A program made the position numbers and the translations under genes. A stretch of DNA of 63,576 nt, filler included, from Octopus bimaculoides (taxonomy: Eukaryota): NCBI RefSeq assembly GCF_001194135.2. It is 6 parts of 6 records of this genome, joined end to end, with 100 filler letters (N's around TTAATTAATTAA, not from the genome) between each part and the next. Parts side by side here need not be neighbours in the genome. Positions count along the whole stretch, not along the records: positions 1 to 26,048 come from NC_068993.1; 5 more parts are not named here. The stretch is one strand, 5' to 3'. Within the stretch, counting starts at the first letter, position 1. The number at the start of each line of letters is the position of its first letter. This document shows positions 12,951 through 25,030 of the stretch, piece by piece. A model generated the notes under the pieces. It was not told the DNA's origin. It searched no databases and saw only the letters and a program-made list of their open reading frames with translations.

Positions 12951-13319
12951 AAATTAATAGTAATCATACATGACACTCTGTTAGGCAACTTTGTACTTTA
13001 TCAATGAAAATTAAAGCTATGAATATACATATACTTCAGGTCTAATTTCCCTTTTCTGTTGCCAAATCTATACATATTTGTATGTATATGTATATGAGTA
13101 TGTGCATATGCATATGTATATGTTTGTGTGCGTGTGTGTGTGTGTGTGTATACATGCGTAGGAGTGGCTGTGCGGTAAGAAGCTCGCTTCCGTTTCCGGT
13201 CGTTGCTTGTCTTACTGCAGCCGTGCAGTGTGGACGTGAGTCTTTTGACTCCGCCCAAGAAGGAAAAACAAAAGGAAAATTTGAAAATTCGCACTGAAAT
13301 TTGTTACCAGGCTAGTCTA

Positions 13320-14800
13320 TAGCGTGGCGAATTAAGAAGCTCAGCTGCAAGGTAAGACTGTTTGTATTCTGGGTCCAGTGGGGGCTTGTTGCTTGTTGTA
13401 TTAATTTTTTTACGAGCAAGGTGTCCCTACTGGATTGTATATTTTGGTCTGCCTGTAGTTGAGCAATTGGTTCACTTTTTTGTGAACAATTGTTCTCATT
13501 GTGAGAAATATTGTTTTGTGGGCGTATCCCACCTAAAAAAAAAGTTGAACTTTTATTTGCTTTATGAAAGCAATTTATTCAGAGAGAATTGTTCCAGTCG
13601 CTGTGTTCCGGGTTCAATTACAATACAAACAGGCCTGGAGTACTTATTGGCCGAAAATTAATGTTTTTTTTTTTTTTCTGTGAACTGCTGAAATTTGTTC
13701 CCACGCTTAATTCGCCACTTTACAGTGGCGAATTAAGTAGCTCAGCTGCGAGGTGGGGCTGTTTGTGTTTGGCCTGCCTGCCTGCAGTTGACCAAATTGA
13801 TTCACGTTTTAGTGAATAATTGTTTTCAATTTGAAAATCATTTTGGGGGCATATGCCGCCTCGAAACCGCCTCCAAAATTAGAACCTTTTTGAAAATTCA
13901 TAGAAGCTCACTGTGTTCCAGGTTCAAATTGGAGTACCAACGGGCCTGGAGTACCTAAGTGGCCGAAGAATTGTATTTTGTTTTGGAACTGTTAAAGTGT
14001 TTCTTTCTCTTCCTTCTTCCACCCTTTTGTGACTTTCTTTTTTTCTTCTTCTTTTTCTGAACTGTTTTTCCTTTCTTTTCCTTTTTCTTTTGGTGAACTT
14101 CTATTTGACATTTTTTTGTACTTTAACAGACATGGAAAAAATAATGAAGCCACTGTCTTGGAGTGAGAGGCTGTTCCACCCAAGCAGTGGATTGCAGAGT
14201 CAGAGAAGAGGACAGTGGTCTTGCGGACCTACTCCAGGTCACGCAACGCTGTTGCCCTCTTCAACAGAGAAAAAATAATGAAAGAGCTGGCAAGCTGTTT
14301 GCCAGCCAAAAATTATTATATTACAAGGGGGGTTAGGTACGCAACGGTGTGGTTGCTATTTGACTCCCCTGAAGAAGCTGGCATAGCGGCCAGCCAGCCC
14401 TTGCAGGGGGAGGAAATTTTGTTCCTCCCCACTTATTGCGGGAAAGGAATCACCAGACCCTGGGTATGTGGTGGACTGACCCTGGTACCAAGGCTGGGTG
14501 GATCTCTGATGCCATCCGGTGGGGCTTGGGGACAGTGGGCCCAGGCTGCTGAATGGCAGCATGGAGCCTGCTGTCGACTGGGAAGGGGTTAAAGCTAATT
14601 TGACCCTATGGACCCCAGTGGCAGTAGGAGAATGCTGTTTCCAGACTTCTTGAAAATAGCAAGGTTCAGGTATCTGTGATGCTTGAGGGACGCTCACCTA
14701 GGTGTCACCGGTGCCTGGAGCCTGGCCATATAAGGAAAAACTACCCTAAGAGATGTGAAATGGCCCCGGTGCAGGATAAAGTGCGCGCACCCCTCCCCAT
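13320..14800 (+). mobile_element. Tx1/L1-like retrotransposon 5' region: repeated UTR modules and decayed ORF1 with zinc knuckle
   Basis: ORF 14215-14592 contains EEILFLPTYCG; 14703-14747 reads CHRCLEPGHIRKNYP (CX2CX4HX4C with the last Cys changed to Tyr). Two upstream modules about 400 bp apart are similar to each other. Confidence 0.6.
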
Positions 14801-14809
14801 TTGAGGAGG

Positions 14810-15270
14810 AGATGGTGAAATGTGAATGGGATGTGAGGAATGTGAATGGAATGTGGATGGAATGTGAGGAATACGAATTGAATGTGAATAAAAGGCGAAT
14901 GGAAAGTGAATGGAATGTGTGGAATGTGGATGGAATGTGCGGGATGCGAATGGAATGTGCATGGAATGTGCATGGAATGTGCATGGAATGTGCATGGAAT
15001 GTGAGGAATTCGCTGCCATCACCACCAGTCGGATAATCGTCGCCATCAACGTCGCGTTCACCGCCAGTGCTTTTTGCTTCGTTGACTTCGTCGTCTCCGT
15101 CGCCGTCATCAACGCTGTCACCGTCGTGGTCGTACTCGTCACCGTCGTCCTCTTCGTCGTTGTCGTCCTCTTCGTCGTTGTCGTCCTCTTCGTCGTTGTC
15201 GTCCTCTTCGTCGTTGTCGTCGTCGTCATCGCCGACGCCGTCGTCATTGTAGTTGTTGTCTCATCTTCAT
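14810..15270. repeat. GGAATGT-rich 11-mer array followed by (CGT)-rich and 18-mer repeats
   Basis: (TGGAATGTGCA) about 5 times at 14950-15005; (GTCCTCTTCGTCGTTGTC) about 4 times at 15146-15217. Confidence 0.9.
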
Positions 15271-16049
15271 CGTACTTGCTCTGAAAAGCTCATGATATTC
15301 ACGCTCATGTTACCTCTCAACACACACGCACCACTAGGACACCAGCCTGCGGTTATATAACAACACCACACTAAGACAAAATTTATCAGATTAATAATTA
15401 TAGAAACGAGAAAAAAAGCATTTGTAAATTTCGATGGATTTTAATGAAAATATTACATTTTCCTTCATCTTTATTATTTTATTTTTTGAACCATTGCAGA
15501 CAGTTCGTGAGTTTTGCTATATTAGTTTTCTACGTCATGTCGAGCATATATTCTGGCATCACATTTTCCAAAGACGCTTAATGCTAACTTCTTGAGAATT
15601 CTTGTTATTCTCCAATCACCATGGAATTTACAACAGATTCTGGACTACGGATATTCCAACGAATAAGAAAAAAAAAAAAACAAAGACTGAAAATTGAGAA
15701 ACAGAATTAAAATTAACTTTGAATTAAGAGAAAGAATTTATATAAACAAAGAAAATATTTATGAATTAAAGATGAATTTAACGAGGAAAAATATTTTTAA
15801 ATATCTTAAATATCGCATACAGATCGTGAGTGTTAATGTGTTAGTTACCTGCTTCATGGGGTATAAATATTCTGTCATCAGAATTATCAAATGATTGCAT
15901 AAGAGCAATTCTCCAATCTTCCAAGAAAGTTAATACTGTTTTTGCTCTGTAATTGTTCCAATGGCAAACCTGAAATCGAACAGAGAAAACGACAGAAAAT
16001 ACGAAGAAAAAAGCCACGAAGTATGACTGAATGTTACAGGTAAATGCAC

Positions 16050-16118
16050 GTATGTATGTATGTATGTATGTATGTATGTATGTATGTATGTATGTATGTA
16101 TGTATGTATGTATGTATG
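16050..16118. repeat. (TATG)n microsatellite, representative of dozens of (TA)n, (CA)n, (GA)n, (TATG)n and (CTAT)n tracts
   Basis: Other examples: (AC)n 3953-4015, (CTAT)n 29766-29833, (AG)n 31583-31674, (TA)n 58430-58519, (TG)n 59926-60008. Most sized N gaps are flanked by such tracts. Confidence 0.97.
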
Positions 16119-16972
16119 AGCGGGCGTGTGAGTATGCGTTGTCTGTGTACGTGCGTGCGAGTCAAATCATTAGTGAAGTCTCATGAGTGTTACTGATAAC
16201 ATAGAATGCGGTACAACCCGTTACATCGTTGCGTCATAGGCAGCTAAACCGGCACTCCCACCAGGCTAGCCTGCTGAGAAGGGTTGCGTGAAACCCAGCA
16301 GGATTAAAAGCCAGACTTGTGAGGAGTGATATACCCTGTCTAGGTTCAAGGACTGTCTAGCAATAATAGCACGGTCACTCAGAAATTCCGAGCTAGTGTC
16401 CGGTAGGCTGGAAACCACTGGGAGTGAGACACCTCTCCGCTTTTGCTAAATCCTGTCTCTTAGTAAAGGTCACTCTGATACACAAACAGATATGCAAAGA
16501 ATGGCGTTGAGCATTTTGGGGATCTTCTGCTTGCGCTTGAGACCATAGTATTCTCACGTTACTTAGCCTGCGACCCACGTTGGCACTGGATATCTCGCCT
16601 CACCTTGACCCTAGATCATGTCATGACATCTATGAGGTGTCGTACAATCAGGTCTATGACGTGTCGTACAACCTTTATTTTACTCAAAATTTTGCAGAGA
16701 CGTTGCTGCCATTTATTTGTATGAGCATTGCTGCCTAAATGCACAATGTTCTTAATTGTGAGCGATGGTCTTCCTTTGTCACGAGATAATCACCATCATA
16801 TATATATATATATATATATANNNNNNNNNNNNNNNNNNNNNNNNNNNNNNNNNNNNNNNNNNNNNNNNNNNNNNNNNNNNNNNNNNNNNNNNNNNNNNNN
16901 NNNNNNNNNNNNNNNNNNNNNNNNNNNNNNNNNNNNNNNNNNNNNNNNNNNNNNNNNNNNNNNNNNNNNNNN

Positions 16973-17034
<62 letters not shown>

Positions 17035-17119
17035 GCATGTATACACATGTATACACATACATACATACATACATACATGCATGCATACATTATACACAAA
17101 CATATATAATGAATATATC

Positions 17120-17320
17120 TATATTTCAATTGACAGAATATTTTTAAGCACCACTGATGTGGCTTTCCAGTCCTTTTGCACAGGTGTGGTAACAATTGTT
17201 GCTTTTACAGCGGGTCTTCAAAGAGCTTGTCACCCATGCTGGCTAGTGCTCTCCTTGCATCATAGAACTTTTCATTCAGCGTGTTTGCCTCTATCAGCAA
17301 CCTCCAGCCATTGAATGCAA
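17120..17320 (-). mobile_element. Possible Tc1 transposase remnant
   Basis: Minus frame RRALASMGDKL..PL*KQQLLPHL..HQWCLK loosely resembles the Tc1 R..KKPLL..RLQWA segment. Confidence 0.35.
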
Positions 17321-17474
17321 AATATAATAGAGATATTGATTATCAAGCGTTTCACGTGCCTGAATATTTTTAAAGTGAGGAAATGCCTGTCACAGGGACA
17401 GAACCTCACTCTAAGCCATGAATGAATTAGTCCACAACATTGAACACAAATAGTGTAGCAGATGTGACATCACA

Positions 17475-18290
17475 GTGCTTTAGAAATATCTCGATTTTTA
17501 CAAGTTGTCAGATTTTTCGTCTACAAATTTTGTAAGGAGCTAAAGACTGAAGATGGAAACATATCACCAGTATCAAAGCATACAAAGTATTCTAAATGCT
17601 CTGAAATCTTCAGAACATCTGAATTTATCCAGCACGTTCAACAGACCATTGATTACAATCCCAGAAAGTCCATGAGGTCAATTGCAAAAGATCTCCATGT
17701 GTCAGAACGAACAGTCAGAAATGTAGTCCACGAAGACATTAGATATAAGTCTTATATAATGAGAAACGGTCAATTTGTCCGAAAAAGTGAAAGAAAATCA
17801 CTACATCAGATCTAAAAGGCTCTTAAACAAAGTGAAAAATCCAGTAGAAGATTTAATTTGGTTTTCTAAAACGAAAAAAACTTCGAGCAAAATCAAAAAG
17901 TCAACAGAAGAAATAACAGACGGTTATATGCAGACCCTTCTGAAGTTCCAAGTGTTATGCATATAAAATTTTCTACAACTGTCATGGTTTTAGGGGTTAT
18001 CAACAATGAAAGACATGTGATGTCTCCTTACTTCTTTCCACAATGTCTTAGAGTTAACTCTGCCACCTACATTGAGGACCTGGAAATAATTGTTAAGCCC
18101 TGGATAGACAGTGTCTGCAATGGAGGGCCATGTGTGTTTCAGTAAGGCTCTGCACTATCCCACATGGCTCTAGCAACACAGGAATGGTTGGCTGAAAATT
18201 TTCATGATCATATAACCCTTAACATTTAGCCTCCAAATTCCCTTGATCTCAAACCATTGGACTATTACATGTGGAGCGTTATTGAGAGAG
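17475..18290 (+). mobile_element. Decayed Tc1/mariner transposase, DD37D (maT)-like
   Basis: RSIAKDLHVSERTVRNVVHEDI; EKNFEQNQKVNRRN; VMVLGVINNERHVMSPYFFPQCLRVNSATYIEDLEIIVKPWI; PPNSLDLKPLDYYMWSVIERE. Confidence 0.85.
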
Positions 18291-18295
18291 AGGGT

Positions 18296-18335
<40 letters not shown>

Positions 18336-18580
18336 GTACAATGCTTATACAGATATACGTGTCATGTTCTTATGTCGGAGTGATGTGAACCATACGGATA
18401 ATCCAGATGACCCAAGACTTATGCAGTGTATTTCTTTAAAGTGAAGAAAATTTGCGTTCCGTCAACCAGTCTCTCGTCCTTGAACGTCTTGAATCCAGTG
18501 GCGAAAAACATCAAGCTAACAAGGGATGCAAGTGATGTGATGCCGTTTTTGTGTATACGGAAACATCAAAGATTCTTTCT

Positions 18581-18663
18581 CAGAGTCCTGCCGGATCCAT
18601 AACATGCCGGTTAGCTCATAGTCAGAGTCCTGCCGGATCCATAACATGCCGGTTAGCTCATAG
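18581..18663. repeat. 42-bp exact tandem duplication
   Basis: cagagtcctgccggatccataacatgccggttagctcatag(t) at 18581 and 18623. Confidence 0.95.
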
Positions 18664-18976
18664 GTAGGACACTGACTGGTACTATTACTCCGAATCAGCG
18701 TACACCTGGAGCAATAGCTGTTAAGGGATCGTTCCCTTCTCCTCAAAGCCCTGTAAATCTCGGACCAGAGCTCTACTTCTGGATGTAGTTTCAAGTCGTA
18801 CCCAGGACAAAATACATGCACACGCACACGCGCAAACGCAATCTCTCTCTCTCACACACACATATATGTATATATACATATACACACATAGGCGTGTACT
18901 ATATAAATATATAAGGAATGAGAGAAAGAAAGAGGATATTCGAAGAATAGATACATCAATACACACACCCACACAC

Positions 18977-19011
<35 letters not shown>

Positions 19012-19026
19012 CATATATGCACATGC

Positions 19027-19057
<31 letters not shown>

Positions 19058-19071
19058 CATACATACATACA

Positions 19072-19102
<31 letters not shown>

Positions 19103-19784
19103 GATCACAGTTACAAATCTAAATATCAAATGTAATTTCTTGTTATTTGAAACTAAACACAGACAGAAATTCTTTTAAAAAAAAGTGTCTATAGCATTAC
19201 CTCTTGAATAACCAGCGATTGCGTTCAAAGGTTCAATCAACAAATAATTCTCTTCAAGCGGTGTCTTCCTTTCCCGGTGGAAATGGGTTCGAATGAAGTG
19301 ACAGAAATTTTGACGCCATTAAGTAACTCGATGATAAAGATAATCACATAAACAAAATTGTACAGAAAGAACTCTGTGACACTGTGTCTGTGGCTGTATG
19401 TCTGTATGTGTTTGTTGGTGGCTTCAAGATGTTTGCGTGTGAGTAGAGAGGGATTAAGAAGTAAGGATTAAGATCGGTAGATGGTAGGTTCCATTTTCAT
19501 GAGTAAGGGATGTTGTGTTCTTAAAATATGAACGCCAATTAGACTTATAGATTAAATTTAAATCGAAGTTCTTTTCAGTTTGGTCAGTCATGTACTTACA
19601 ATAGTCCAAATAATGCCTAACAACCCGGAAAAATTCCGTGATCATGGGACTGCTAATTTTGTGCGTGCATGTGTGTGGGAGGGGGTATGTGTGCGTGCGC
19701 GTGTGTGTATGTGTGCACACGCGCATATGTACATATATGTATGTGTGACTATATGTCTATGTATGTATTTGTCGATATAAATGC

Positions 19785-19818
<34 letters not shown>

Positions 19819-19982
19819 CATACGAGAATTTATGAATTTATTATTAATTACGACAGTTGTTTCGACACATCTAGCATCGATTCCTCGTGATTGGAACACT
19901 CAACAATTGGTTCAGGAGCATTCGGTATATTTTATCTACCGTCTTTCATTTGCCATATATACATATATGCATGTATGTATAC

Positions 19983-20940
19983 ATGAGGGCTCCAACACAA
20001 TTTAGTTCGAGCAATGCCATCGCTTTATTGTTCATTTTAAAGCAACAAAGATGTTGCTATTCAGTTCTAAACAACTGCATTTATTTGCCAGTCTTTGTCA
20101 ACGATCGGTGTATCTTGCAACAGGTACTGACAGAGCTGATCTATGCAAGTTATACTGTCTTCTATACATCATGAAATTATTTATTCAAAGGTTTCGCAAT
20201 CTTGGCTACGCCCTGCATATACTATGCAAGACATGATAGATTTTAAGCATAGCCTTTGTATCAGACTCTTTAAGTCAGGAAATACCTTGGTCAGTACACT
20301 CACATTTTCTAAACAGCGCATGTATTTACTCCCCAAAAAAGATATTCTATATCAAAGCATACAAATGAGGTTGACGGTGTTAGATCATAGGTATTCATCT
20401 AGAGATATACATAAATAAAGAACACGGTCATTCATTTGCGGCTGTTTCATGACCATTAATTTTATTCAGTTCATCTAGCCGTTCTTTGATTCTGTAATTC
20501 GTCAAAACGCATCCACGTTTTATACCAAGCAATAATCTTGTTCAAGTTGCTAGTCTAGTTGACGACGGCCTGGCTACACGACTGGTTGTACGTGATGACA
20601 TGCTATTGCAGGCACGAAATAATAGCTCTAAGAATGGTTTTACATATTCATTTAGATATATAATAAACAAATATGTGGATATATATATATGTCTATATAT
20701 ATAGATAGATAAGTATATGTATATCATCATCACTACCACCATCATCATCATCGTTTAACGTCCATCATACATGAATGCATGGACGATTAACAAGGAGCCG
20801 GCCAGGTAGAAAAACTACCCTAGACTACTGCGTCTGTGTTGGCAGGGATTTTACGGCTGCTTGCCGTTCCTAACACCAACCACTTTGTGTGTGAGTGTGT
20901 ATGTGTATGCATATATGTTTGAATACACAAACACACACAC

Positions 20941-20986
<46 letters not shown>

Positions 20987-21560
20987 GTGTGTGTATATGT
21001 ATATGTATATACATGCATGTAGATAGATAAATACATACGTAAATATATACATACATAGACACCTATAGATATTTACTCACTCATATTTTGATGCACACAC
21101 ATGCACACACGAAAAGTGACCACAACCATATTCCCAACTGCGATACGCTTTCACATTGCACTTGTTTATTAAGTAAATCTTTCTGCCATATTAACTCTCC
21201 TTCCTCTTCTTTCATTAGAGGAAAATTATGGCTTCGAAGCAGCAGTGACAACATGCCGTTACTGAATTTTGGGCGAATGAATAGTGCTCGTGGACCGATA
21301 TTCTAGAACGGTACATTTCGTTTACAGAGGTCAATATCACTGACAAGGGCAATGCACCCAGATGAATTAAGAAGTGTAAAGTGGAAATCACCATTGAAAA
21401 GACAACAGGCAGTTGTATTGTCCTCATTTGTGACAGACGACAATAGGCAATGGCGCGTGATCGATTTATTCGTATGCGCAGGTGAGTTATAATTCGTGAA
21501 CTTGCTGCTGTTGTCATAGTGCATTTCATAAGATGAAAAACTTTGCGTACTGGTATGTGC
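19983..21560 (-). mobile_element. Highly decayed mariner, interrupted by microsatellites
   Basis: 3' end resembles CCCTCGTA (catgaggg at 19982). Minus-strand segments RPKFSNGMLSLLLRSHNFPL and YHVLHSICRA resemble mariner RPG..LLHDNARPH and DYHLFRS. Confidence 0.4.
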
Positions 21561-21579
21561 ATAATAGATACCGCAGTAG

Positions 21580-22700
21580 TTACACACGATTCGAATGAAA
21601 GAGTGTGATGCTATGCTGTCAAATGCTGAACGTGTTTGACGCCAATGAAGCCATGTGTATCTTTTCCCGACCTGATGAAAGAAAATGAAACGAAGTTGTA
21701 TCTGTATAAGCCAGAGGCGAAGGCTTAGTGCACGGAACAATGTCATACCGCAAGATCTATGAATTTTAAGAGCAAGCTAACGACAAATGAGGACATTTCG
21801 ACCGGGTTTTTATATTTTTGCATCAAAAAAGCAGCTCTTTTCATTTCATAAAAAAGTTCTTGTGCTATAAATTACAAGCGGCTCGTGATTACGCATCGCG
21901 GTGCTCTGAACCTTTAAGCTAAACCGCCCTATGGTTCAAAGCACCGCGATGCGTAATCACGAGCCGCGATNNNNNNNNNNNNNNNNNNNNNNNNNNNNNN
22001 NNNNNNNNNNNNNNNNNNNNNNNNNNNNNNNNNNNNNNNNNNNNNNNNNNNNNNNNNNNNNNNNNNNNNNNNNNNNNNNNNNNNNNNNNNNNNNNNNNNN
22101 NNNNNNNNNNNNNNNNNNNNNNNNNNNNNNNNNNNNNNNNNNNNNNNNNNNNGATTACGCATCGCGGTGCTCTGAACCTTTAAGCTAAACCGCCCTATGG
22201 TTCAAAGCACCGCGATGCGTAATCACGAGCCGCGATGCGTAATCACGAGTCTTGTGTGTTTATTTTCCCGACCTGATGACAGGTAATGAAACGAAGTTCT
22301 ATCTGTAAAAACCAGAAATGAGAGCTTAGTCCACGGGATTGTATCACTCCACTATAATCTCCGGACATTAGGAGCAAGGGAATGGCAGATAGCGGAATTT
22401 CGACCGGGCTGTTTTCCTAGTTTTGCACCATAATGCCATCTCTTTCATTCCTTAGAAAGTTCTTGTATCATAAATTGTTAGTGGTACATTAAGAAAACGG
22501 AAAACCTTGACCTACGTTTTTAGTGCAATACATCAAAAATGACTCTGAAAACGATTCACATGTCACCATTAAAATGAATGCTCGACTACCCACGGGTTTT
22601 CAAATAAAACAGGCAAGCAACAGAATGGTAATTCAACCATAGTAGTGACACTGACAGGGGCTATTTGTTATGTTAGTGAACACCTGGTAAGAACAGTGAA
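21580..22700 (+). mobile_element. Two tandem, diverged mariner remnants
   Basis: Both copies (about 21660-21875 and 22260-22490) encode DL(M)(T/K)(G/E)NETKLYL, equivalent to the mariner IVTGDETW motif, and align with each other and with the 24.4-kb copy. Confidence 0.55.
21878..21967. repeat. GC-rich hairpin, 35-bp arms with one mismatch and a 20-nt spacer; repeated at 22153-22249
   Basis: gcggctcgtgattacgcatcgcggtgctctgaacc / ggttcaaagcaccgcgatgcgtaatcacgagccgc. Confidence 0.92.
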
Positions 22701-23579
22701 GAAACAGTGGTTCCACACTCCACAAAAATCTTAGAGATTTCGAACGAGTCCAGCACTACCGGATGCAGTTCAACGTCGTTCCCAGGACAAACTATATACA
22801 TCTTCATACACAAACACAACGCGCGCATGCATAAACACATCCATATATGCGTGTATCTGGGTTTTATGTTTATTCATATANNNNNNNNNNNNNNNNNNNN
22901 NNNNNNNNNNNNNNNNNNNNNNNNNNNNNNNNNNNNNNNNNNNNNNNNNNNNNNNNNNNNNNNNNNNNNNNNNNNNNNNNNNNNNNNNNNNNNNNNNNNN
23001 NNNNNNNNNNNNNNNNNNNNNNNNNNNNNNNNNNNNNNNNNNNNNNNNNNNNNNNNNNNNNNNNNNNNNNNNNNNNNNNNNNNNNNNNNNNNNNNNNNNN
23101 NNNNNNNNNNNNNNNNNNNNNNNNNNNNNNNNNNNNNNNNNNNNNNNNNNNNNNNNNNNNNNNNNNNNNNNNNNNNNNNNNNNNNNNNNNNNNNNNNNNN
23201 NNNNNNNNNNNNNNNNNNNNNNNNNNNNNNNNNNNNNNNNNNNNNNNNNNNNNNNNNNNNNNNNNNNNNNNNNNNNNNNNNNNNNNNNNNNNNNNNNNNN
23301 NNNNNNNNNNNNNNNNNNNNNNNNNNNNNNNNNNNNNNNNNNNNNNNNNNNNNNNNNNNNNNNNNNNNNNNNNNNNNNNNNNNNNNNNNNNNNNNNNNNN
23401 NNNNNNNNNNNNNNNNNNNNNNNNNNNNNNNNNNNNNNNNNNNNNNNNNNNNNNNNNNNNNNNNNNNNNNNNNNNNNNNNNNNNNTATAGTATTATGTAT
23501 TATGTATGTGTGTTTATACATATATATATGTATATACACACGCACACATAATAATAATACATACATAAATACATTTAAT

Positions 23580-23992
23580 ATTGCAACTGCTCTTCGCTCT
23601 GCAGTGGAGATCCTATGCCTTGTCAGCCGTGCATGAATCTGTTCATCATCAGCCGTGCATACATCTGTTCATCATTTTTAGATGCTCTGGCTTTTGTAGT
23701 ACATATAGTACATAGTCTCTTTGTTTCTTGTATGCTTCTCTTTTCACAGCTGTCTCTCTTTCCCTGAAGCTGCTTCTCTGAGCTGTTGCAACTGCTCTTC
23801 GTTCTGCAGTGAAGATCCTATTCCTTGTCAGCCGTGCATACATCTGTTCATCATTTTGAGATGCTCTGGCTTTTGTAGTACACAGTCTCTTTGTTTCTTG
23901 TATGCTTCTCTTTTCGCAGCTGTCTCTCTTTCCCTACACAGAGACATTCATTTGACTGACATTGACAAATTTGACACTTTCCTTCTAGGCAT
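23580..23992 (-). mobile_element. Possible Helitron Rep/Hel N-terminal remnant containing a ~200-bp tandem duplication
   Basis: MPRRKVSNLS start, then R/E/Q-rich repeats (ARASQNDEQMYARLTRNRIFTAERRA) across two near-identical units starting about 23581 and 23785. The duplication is directly visible; the Helitron call rests on resemblance only. Confidence 0.4.
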
Positions 23993-24229
23993 AGTTACGT
24001 ACGTATACAGAAATACACGGATGCAGAAGATAGTAAACACTGAAAATAACTGGATGACGGAAATTATATTTCTTAATACGACGGGCCGAATGTAAATAAG
24101 AAATTTTTACGAGAAATAGAGAATCGTACGGGTTGATGCGAAATTTGTCAATGAACCAAAGAGTTAGTATCGAAGGAACCTGAAAAAAAGCCGTTAACAG
24201 AAAACACAAAACTGTGGGCCCTGAAAAGA

Positions 24230-25030
24230 ATCGCCAGCGCGTGGATGAATTATTCGAGCGGGAAACATGTTATGATTCGTGAGATTGCTGAATCTTTTCG
24301 CAGTGTACTCTAGGAAATGAGGAAACATTTTGGGCATCGGAAAGTGTGTGTAAAGTCGTAGCCTCTGTGGTCGATGCTCGATTTAATAATGGAAAGAAGT
24401 GTGTTGTCTGGAGCGACGTGCTGAGAATATTTGACGTCAATGAAGCCATGTGACTTCTTTTCCAATCTGGTGACAGGAAATGAAACGAATTTGTATCTGT
24501 ATAATCCAGAAATGAAATTTTATCCACAGAACTGTGGAACATTATCAAGGTAACAAATTTTCAAGAGCTGGCGAATGACAGACATAATTATTACGACTGG
24601 ATTTCACTTTTGCAGCATAAACTGCTTCCCTTTCATGTCCTTTAAAAGGATTAAAACATGAATGGCAAGCGGTACATTGAGAAACCCGAGAGCAAGCGGT
24701 ACATTGAGAAACCCGAGAAGCTTAGCCATAATCCTTTAGTGGATGGAATAGCTCGAAAAAAAAAATTTGGAAACGATCCACAATTCAGAAAGAAAATGTT
24801 CGACCACACATAGGTTTCCGAATAAAAGAAGTTATCGAAAAATTAGGATGACCAGTGACGCCTTTCTTTTTAAATTCCTGATCTGTTGCTCTCCAACTTC
24901 CACATCATTGCTCGAACGAAGCACAGTATTCGAAGTTTAAGAATCGATAAGAGAAACAAGGCGAAAGTGGCTTGAGAGAACAGGCTACAGCAGGAGGCAG
25001 CTGATAGCTTTGCAAAGATGATTGTAGCTG
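24230..25030 (+). mobile_element. Decayed mariner transposase
   Basis: HFGHRKVCK; LVTGNETNLYLYNPEMK; C-terminal DLLLSNFHII...ENRLQQEAADSFAKMI resembling PDLAPSDFHLF...WL..Q..DFF..GI. Confidence 0.65.

Noticed and set aside
14741-15284. Thr-rich mucin-like or Val-rich membrane-like ORFs
   Set aside because: Simple (CGT)n and 18-mer repeats are open in several frames on both strands, with no splice or homology support.
21878-22249. Possible CRISPR-like repeat-spacer pattern
   Set aside because: The spacer is identical in both copies, arms are inverted rather than direct, there are no cas genes, and the context is eukaryotic.
22267-22295. CTGATGA...GAAAC hammerhead-like words (also about 21672)
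   Set aside because: No helix II or helix I; the words come from mariner codons (LMTGNET).
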